A stretch of DNA of 63,989 bases, counting the filler, from Sandaracinaceae bacterium (GTDB lineage: Bacteria; Myxococcota_A; Polyangia; Polyangiales; JADJQN01), in the NCBI GenBank assembly GCA_947483975.1. It is 5 parts of 5 records of this genome, joined end to end, with 100 filler letters (N's around TTAATTAATTAA, not from the genome) between each part and the next. Parts side by side here need not be neighbours in the genome. Positions count along the whole stretch, not along the records: positions 51,849 to 63,989 come from CANKOL010000135.1; 4 more parts are not named here. The stretch is one strand, 5' to 3'. The translations under genes and the position numbers were made by a program. Under the pieces are notes generated by a model. That model did not search any database. It was given only the letters and a program-made list of their open reading frames with translations, and had not been told where the DNA came from. This document shows positions 57,444 to 63,989 of this stretch, one piece after another (position 1 is the first letter of the stretch; each line of letters opens with the position of its first letter).

Positions 57444-58457
57444 TCAGCGCTTGGTCGCGCCCTTCTTCTTCGCGGACTTCTTCGGCTCGCCCTTCGCCTC
57501 GCCCTTCGTATCCGGCGCGGGCTCTTCTGCCTGCGGCGGGAGCGGCGGCGAGGCGAGGTTCGGCACGGGCGGCATCCCGAGCGCCTTCGCCTGCCGGTAG
57601 AACGTGAAGTACGCGAAGCCCGCGATCGGCACGAGCGCGAGGGAGATCAGCTGCGAGGTCGTGAAGCCAGCGAGCCCGCCGCGCTCAGGGTCGTCGCGCA
57701 CCATCTCGATGAAGAAGCGCCAGACGCCGTACGCCATCACGAGCACGAGCAGCGGCTGTCCGCGGAAGCTGCGCTTGCGCCAGACGAGCATCGTCACGCC
57801 GAAGAGCGCGAGCCCCGCGAGCGACTCGTAGAGCTGCGTCGGGTGCACCGGGAAGGACGCCGCGGCGTCGGCGGCGAGCCCGTACTGCGAGACGTGGTGG
57901 TTGAACGCGGGCGAGCCCGACGGCGGCGCGGCGCAGGCGAAGCCGCTGTGCACGGCGGTCGCCCAGTGCGGGAAGGTGCCGAGCGACTTGAGCCAGCCCG
58001 GCGCGGTCGGCGACAGCCGCGCGCCGAAGTCGCAGCCGAAGAGATAACAGCCGACGCGCGTGAACATCAGGCCCGTCGCGAGCGTCGGCGCGACGGTGTC
58101 GGCCCACGGAAGGAGGGCGACCTTCTTGCTGCGCAGGTACGCCCACGAGCCCGCGAAGCCCCCGAGAAAGCCGCCGTACGCGACGAGCCCGCCCGAGCGC
58201 ATATCGAACCACGACGCCGGCGAGTGAAACTCGTCGAAGTTGGTCAGGATGTAGAGGACGCGCGAGCCCGCGATCGCGGTGATGGCCGTCAGGATGAAGG
58301 TGTTGGCCATCACGTCGTGGCTGAGCCCCTCGCGCGTCGAGCCGAGCCACATCACGAGGTACCAGGCGACGATCAGCGAGAGGCCGAGCATCACGCCGTA
58401 GGAGAAGATCGGCAGGCCGCCCCAGGGCGTCGGGATGGTGAAGAGAATCGGGTGCAT
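57444..58457 (-). CDS. lgt: Prolipoprotein diacylglyceryl transferase
   Basis: MHPILF, SYGVML, GGLVAYGG, RVGCYLFGC, HPTQLYES, RFFIEMVRDD, SQLIS. Confidence 0.93.
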   Translation of the reverse strand: MHPILFTIPTPWGGLPIFSYGVMLGLSLIVAWYLVMWLGSTREGLSHDVMANTFILTAITAIAGSRVLYILTNFDEFHSPASWFDMRSGGLVAYGGFLGGFAGSWAYLRSKKVALLPWADTVAPTLATGLMFTRVGCYLFGCDFGARLSPTAPGWLKSLGTFPHWATAVHSGFACAAPPSGSPAFNHHVSQYGLAADAAASFPVHPTQLYESLAGLALFGVTMLVWRKRSFRGQPLLVLVMAYGVWRFFIEMVRDDPERGGLAGFTTSQLISLALVPIAGFAYFTFYRQAKALGMPPVPNLASPPLPPQAEEPAPDTKGEAKGEPKKSAKKKGATKR

Positions 58458-58531
58458 GGGCGCGACGAGCGTTCCTTGCGGCGGCGGGCGGGTCAAGGGA
58501 GGCGCGCCGTCGGGGCCTGTCGCGCGCTGAC

Positions 58532-59881
58532 TCAGGCCGACGCAGCGCCCCGCTTGCGTGAGGCGCGAAGCTCCCAGAGGCCCATCAGCAATATCGCCGG
58601 GCCGAGGAGGCACATGAGCACCGGCGTCCACCGCGAGGCGAAGTCGTCCACCATCGCGTCGCGCGGGCTGCTCGGGTCGTAGAGCACGCGCAGACGGCTG
58701 CCGACGATGGGCGGAGCGTCGGCCTTCGACAGCGAGGTGACGCGGTACACGACCCCATCGCCCCCCGCGTAGGCGACGATCGCTTGGTAGCTGACGTTGC
58801 CCGACTTGCTCGAGGTCCGGCTCGAGTCGACGACCGTGCCCTCGATCGGCACCGCGCGCGCCATCGTCGTCAGCTGCTTCGCCGCCAGCGCGCCGAGCAG
58901 CACCGTCAGCAACACGCCGAAGCAAATGAAGCCGATGCCGACGGCGGCCTTCGTCTTGGACGCGGCGGTGAGCGCGGCGCCCGCGGGAGTCGGCGCGTCG
59001 GCGGGATACGCGCTCGCGCCGACGCGGGCCCGCAGCAGCGCGAGGAGCGCCGCGAGCTCGTCCGGATCGTAGATGCGCAGCTTGCGAGGGCGCTCGCCGC
59101 GCAGGGTGAGAGTCGCGGTCATCGTGTCGAGCGCGCGCACGGACTCGACGTCTGAATACGCGTATTCGTCGTGTCCGCCGAACACCCGCGGATATTGCAG
59201 CGTCGTCGGCGACAAGAGGAGCTCGCGCCGCCTCGAGAACCAATACGTGCCAAACAGCCACACCGCGAGAAACACGACGAGAAACGGCGAATAGGGCAGG
59301 AGCTCGCGCCAGCCGAAGTCCGCGCGCAGCCGCGCCGCGAGGTGCCAAATCCAGAACGCTTGTCCGGCGAAGGCGCCGACGACAGGCAAGCCAATCCACG
59401 TCAGGACCGAGTAGTAGGTGGGAGTCGTCGTCGCGAGGAAGCGGCGAGCTCCGCCGTCGAGCGAGCGACCGAGCGCGTCGAGGAGCGCGCGCGCAGTCTC
59501 GCCGCTGCCGACCTCGAGGGTCAGCGCCGCGCGCCCGCGCAGGCGCACGCGGAGCAGCTGCGCCGCGCCCTTCGGAATCTGCAGTATGTCCGTGATCTCC
59601 GCGCTCGCCGCGATCGTCGCGTGGGTGGTCGCGTCGTGCAGCCCGGCGAGGCTCGGCAGGACCGTGACGTTCTGCCGCCGCGTCGAGAGCGCGAGCCCGA
59701 TCAGCCCGCCGTAGACGAGGATGAACACGAAGCGCCCGATCCCGAACGCCGTCGCCGCCTGCTCCTTCGGCAGCAGCACCGCGAGCGCGGCGAGCGGCAC
59801 CAGCCCGAGGAGCCCGAGCGGCAGCGCCCACCTGGCCATCGGATGCGGCGTGACGAGCGTGACCGCGTAGGTGTCCGCCAT
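58532..59881 (-). CDS. Membrane protein with C-terminal DUF3592-like domain
   Basis: Multiple TM segments; EGTVV...YQAIVAY...VGSRLRVLYDPSSP. Confidence 0.7.
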   Translation of the reverse strand: MADTYAVTLVTPHPMARWALPLGLLGLVPLAALAVLLPKEQAATAFGIGRFVFILVYGGLIGLALSTRRQNVTVLPSLAGLHDATTHATIAASAEITDILQIPKGAAQLLRVRLRGRAALTLEVGSGETARALLDALGRSLDGGARRFLATTTPTYYSVLTWIGLPVVGAFAGQAFWIWHLAARLRADFGWRELLPYSPFLVVFLAVWLFGTYWFSRRRELLLSPTTLQYPRVFGGHDEYAYSDVESVRALDTMTATLTLRGERPRKLRIYDPDELAALLALLRARVGASAYPADAPTPAGAALTAASKTKAAVGIGFICFGVLLTVLLGALAAKQLTTMARAVPIEGTVVDSSRTSSKSGNVSYQAIVAYAGGDGVVYRVTSLSKADAPPIVGSRLRVLYDPSSPRDAMVDDFASRWTPVLMCLLGPAILLMGLWELRASRKRGAASA

Positions 59882-59971
59882 GGGTGCGCAGAGTCTACGT
59901 CAGGGGGAGTCGTTCAGGCGCGCGCGGGCGGCGCGGGCGCGGCGTCGGCGCGGTTGCTGTAGAGTGCCGCC

Positions 59972-62900
59972 GTGTCGCAGCAGGAGCGCGGTCTCTACGA
60001 GACCTTGATCACCGAGGCGCTGCAGGCGCAGCTAGGCGAGTTGGGCGGCGCGCTCGAGGTACGTCGCTCGGAGCTCCACGAGGCGGAGGCCGCGGACCGC
60101 CTCGCGATGCATCTCTCTCGCGTGCTCGAGCGCGCGATCGCCTCGCTCGACCGGAAGGAGCGCGTCGCCGTCGGCACAGCCCTCGCGCGCCGTCTCGTCG
60201 GCGTGATCATCGAGGCGACTGCCGCCGAGGGCCTCGCGCCCGAGCGCCCGGTCGAGCCCGCGGAGGTGCTGCGCAGCGTGCTCGCGAGGCTGCCCGACGG
60301 CAGCTCCGAGGCGATCGCCGAGCCGCTGATCCCGCTGCTCGACACGACGCTGCTCACCAACGCGCCCGGCGAGCCGCGCGTCGGGACGCAGGTGCTCGCG
60401 GAGATCCCCTCGGCCGACCGCATCGACGTCGTGATGGCGTTCATCCGCCGGAGCGGGATCGCGCCGATGCTCGAGGCGCTCCGCGCGCACTGTGAGGCGG
60501 GGCGCGCGCTCCGGGTGCTGACCACGACGTATACGGGCTCGACCGAAGGGCGCGCGCTCGACGCGCTCCGAGAGACGGGCGCGGAGGTGCGCGTCTCCTA
60601 CGATCAGACCAGCACTCGACTCCACGCCAAGGCGTGGCTCTTTCATCGGCGGACGGGCTTCTCGACTGCCTACATCGGGTCGTCGAATCTGACGCACTCT
60701 GCGCAGATCAGCGGGCTCGAGTGGAACGTGCGCGCGTCGAGCGCGCGTAACGCGAGCGTCGTCGACAAGGTCGCTGCGGTGTTCGAGAGCTACTGGAACA
60801 GCGGTGACTTCGTCGACTACGAGCCAGCCGAGTTTCTCGCGCGCACAGCGAGCGCCAATGACCACGGGGCTCACCTGACGCTGAGCCCGCTCGAGCTGCG
60901 GCCGGAGCCGTTTCAAGAGCGCCTGCTCGAGCAAATCGCCCTCTCACGGCAGCGCGGCTATCACCGAAACCTGCTCGTCTCTGCGACGGGCACGGGCAAG
61001 ACGGTGATGGCGGCGCTCGACTATGTGCGGCTGCGCGAAGACCTCCCGCGCGCGCGCCTGCTCTTCGTGGCGCACCGCGAGGAGATCCTCACTCAGACTC
61101 TCGCCACCTTTCGACACGCCCTCCGCGATCACTCGTTCGGCGAGCTTTGGGTCGGGCGCGAGCGCCCGCGCCGCTTCCAGCACGTGTTCGCGTCGATCCA
61201 GAGCCTGCACGCCGCGGGCGTCGCGCACCTCGAGGCGCAGCACTTCGACGTCGTGGTGGTGGACGAATTCCATCATGCCGCTGCCGCGACGTATCGCGCG
61301 CTGCTCGAGCATCTCCGTCCGGTCGAGCTGCTCGGGCTCACGGCGACGCCGGAGCGCAGCGATGGGCTGCCGGTGCTCGAGTGGTTCGATGGGAGGATCG
61401 CGGCGGAGCTTCGGCTCTGGGACGCCATCGATCAGCACCGCCTCGTGCCGTTTGCGTACTACGGGATTCACGACGGCCTCGACCTGCGTCAAATCCCGTG
61501 GAGGCGCGGCCGCGGCTACGACGTCGAGGGCCTCTCGAACCTGCTGACGGGTAACGATGTGTGGGCGCGGCTCGTCCTGAAGGAGCTCGCGCGTCGAGCG
61601 GACAATCTCTCGCGGATGAGGGCCCTCGGCTTCTGCGTCAGCGTCGAGCACGCGCGCTTCATGGCGCGGATGTTCTGCGCCGCAGGCATCCCGGCGGTAG
61701 CGATCTGGTCCGACACGCCCGCCGACGAGCGCCGTCAGGCGCTGCGCGACCTCGCGGAGCGGCGCGTCAACGTCGTGTTCTCGGTGGACCTCTTCAACGA
61801 GGGAGTCGACGTGCCCGCCGTCGACACGCTGCTGATGCTGCGTCCAACGGATAGTCCGACGCTGTTCTTGCAGCAGCTTGGGCGCGGGCTCCGGCGGCAT
61901 CCGTCGAAGACGGTCTGCACGGTCCTCGACTTCGTGGGCCAGCACCGCTCGGAGTTTCGCTTCGATCGGCGCCTCCGGGCGCTGCTCGGCGGCACGCGGA
62001 GCGATGTCACCGCGCAGGTAGAGCAGGGCTTTCCGTTTCTCCCCGCGGGCTGCCATCTGGAGCTCGATCGGAAGGCGAGCGAGATCGTCCTGGCGAGCAT
62101 TCGCGGGGCGGTTCCGGCGCGCTGGACGGCCAAGGTGGACGAGCTGCGCGCTTACGCGCGGGGCGATGCAGCGGTGTCGCTGAGTGGCTTTCTCGCGGAC
62201 ACTGGGCTCGAGCTCGAGGACCTCTACGCGGGCGGCAGGAGCTGGTCGGAGCTGTGTCAGCACGCGGGGCTCGCGGTGCTGCCGGCGGGCGCGCACGAGG
62301 AGACGCTTCGTCGCGCGTGCGGGCGGCTGCTGCACGTCGACGATCAGCCGAGGCTCGACGCGTATCGACGGTTGCTCGGCGCAGACACGCCGCCGGACCC
62401 GCGCGCGCTGTCGGTGCCGGATGCGCGCCTGCTTCGTATGGTGATCGCCTCCCTCGTCGATCAGGCGGTGTCCAAGACCGCCACTCTCGCAGAGGGTTGC
62501 GCGGTGGTGTGGGGCCATCCGCAGGTGCGGCGTGAGGTGCTCGCCGTCCTCGCGGTGCTCGGGGAGCGCCTCTCGCACGTCTCGGTGCCGCTCCGCAGAC
62601 ACCCGGAGGTGCCGCTCTCCGTGCACGCCCGCTACACGCGCCTCGAGGTGCAAGCGGCGTTCGGCGTCGGGGAGGGGGCGAAGGTCGCGCCTTGGCAGTC
62701 GGGCGTCCTCTACGCGCGCGAGGCGAAGGCGGACTTGCTCGCGTTCACGCTCGACAAGACGAGCGGGCATTTCTCCCCGACGACCCGCTATCGCGACTAC
62801 GCGATCAGCCGGGACCTCGTGCACTGGGAGAGTCAGTCCGTCGCGCGCGCGGACGGCGAGACTGGGCAGCGCTATCAGCGGCACGCGAGCGAGGGCTCGA

Positions 62901-63067
62901 GCGTGATGTTGTTCGCCCGGCATCGCACGGAGGAGCGCGCGTTCTACTTCCTCGGTCCGGCGACCTACGTGAAGCACGAAGGCGAGCAGCCGATGGCCGT
63001 CACCTGGCGGCTCGCGCACTCGCTGCCGGGGGACCTGTTCGCGGCCTTCGCGGCGGCGGTCGCGTAG
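59972..63067 (+). CDS. PLD nuclease - SF2 helicase - DUF3427 protein (SauUSI-like type IV restriction candidate)
   Basis: LHAKAW...GSSNLT, SATGTGKT, DEFHH, TATPER, VDLFNEGVD, QQLGRGLR, YRDYAIS...HWESQ. Confidence 0.9.
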   Translation: MSQQERGLYETLITEALQAQLGELGGALEVRRSELHEAEAADRLAMHLSRVLERAIASLDRKERVAVGTALARRLVGVIIEATAAEGLAPERPVEPAEVLRSVLARLPDGSSEAIAEPLIPLLDTTLLTNAPGEPRVGTQVLAEIPSADRIDVVMAFIRRSGIAPMLEALRAHCEAGRALRVLTTTYTGSTEGRALDALRETGAEVRVSYDQTSTRLHAKAWLFHRRTGFSTAYIGSSNLTHSAQISGLEWNVRASSARNASVVDKVAAVFESYWNSGDFVDYEPAEFLARTASANDHGAHLTLSPLELRPEPFQERLLEQIALSRQRGYHRNLLVSATGTGKTVMAALDYVRLREDLPRARLLFVAHREEILTQTLATFRHALRDHSFGELWVGRERPRRFQHVFASIQSLHAAGVAHLEAQHFDVVVVDEFHHAAAATYRALLEHLRPVELLGLTATPERSDGLPVLEWFDGRIAAELRLWDAIDQHRLVPFAYYGIHDGLDLRQIPWRRGRGYDVEGLSNLLTGNDVWARLVLKELARRADNLSRMRALGFCVSVEHARFMARMFCAAGIPAVAIWSDTPADERRQALRDLAERRVNVVFSVDLFNEGVDVPAVDTLLMLRPTDSPTLFLQQLGRGLRRHPSKTVCTVLDFVGQHRSEFRFDRRLRALLGGTRSDVTAQVEQGFPFLPAGCHLELDRKASEIVLASIRGAVPARWTAKVDELRAYARGDAAVSLSGFLADTGLELEDLYAGGRSWSELCQHAGLAVLPAGAHEETLRRACGRLLHVDDQPRLDAYRRLLGADTPPDPRALSVPDARLLRMVIASLVDQAVSKTATLAEGCAVVWGHPQVRREVLAVLAVLGERLSHVSVPLRRHPEVPLSVHARYTRLEVQAAFGVGEGAKVAPWQSGVLYAREAKADLLAFTLDKTSGHFSPTTRYRDYAISRDLVHWESQSVARADGETGQRYQRHASEGSSVMLFARHRTEERAFYFLGPATYVKHEGEQPMAVTWRLAHSLPGDLFAAFAAAVA

Positions 63068-63105
63068 CCCCCGTCGAGCGTGACGGCTCGACGACGCCTC
63101 GCGTT

Positions 63106-63870
<765 letters not shown>

Positions 63871-63908
63871 GGGATGCGCGCGCGCGCGCGTCGAGACGGT
63901 GCGGGCGC

Positions 63909-63989
63909 GTGAGCGTCGAGGTCGCGGCGCTCGCCGGGCTGAGCCTCGTCGAGCGGGATGGCGGCGTGACGTTCGAGGTGCGCGTGCAG
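63909..63989 (+). CDS. N-terminal fragment, probable DUF167/YggU protein
   Basis: GTG start; ...ERDGGVTFEVRVQ at window end. Confidence 0.55.
   Translation, partial: MSVEVAALAGLSLVERDGGVTFEVRVQ

Overview
This very GC-rich bacterial window consists of five contigs joined by artificial 100-bp N/TTAATTAATTAA/N linkers (13157-13256, 26179-26278, 39051-39150, 51749-51848), so gene neighbourhood only holds within each block. The Cys-rich lipoproteins, Ser/Thr kinase and PilZ-like protein suggest a Myxococcota (Polyangia-like) genome bin, which is an inference. Block 1 has a PAS kinase/NarL/receiver/AraC cascade divergent from a ~2000-aa Ig-repeat lipoprotein, plus CBS and Hsp20 genes. Block 2 has an M1 aminopeptidase, ADP-forming acyl-CoA ligase, class III cyclase, GNAT, hslO and an ffs/tRNA-Ser x3/tRNA-Arg(ACG)/tadA cluster. 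Block 3 has xseB and an accessory cluster of three radical SAM enzymes (two B12-dependent), a sulfotransferase, GT2, a GT-C-like membrane protein and wecB. Block 4 has cobA-hemD, hemB, and clpS-clpA...aat separated by a ~5.4-kb segment carrying a RAYT-type Y1 transposase and about 13 copies of a REP-like palindrome lying at the boundaries of the genes in it; this is the most intriguing feature. Block 5 has a repeat lipoprotein, a hydrolase, a Ser/Thr kinase plus LysM protein, lgt and a PLD-helicase-DUF3427 (SauUSI-like) defence gene. All family assignments come from motif recognition by eye; no database searches were run.
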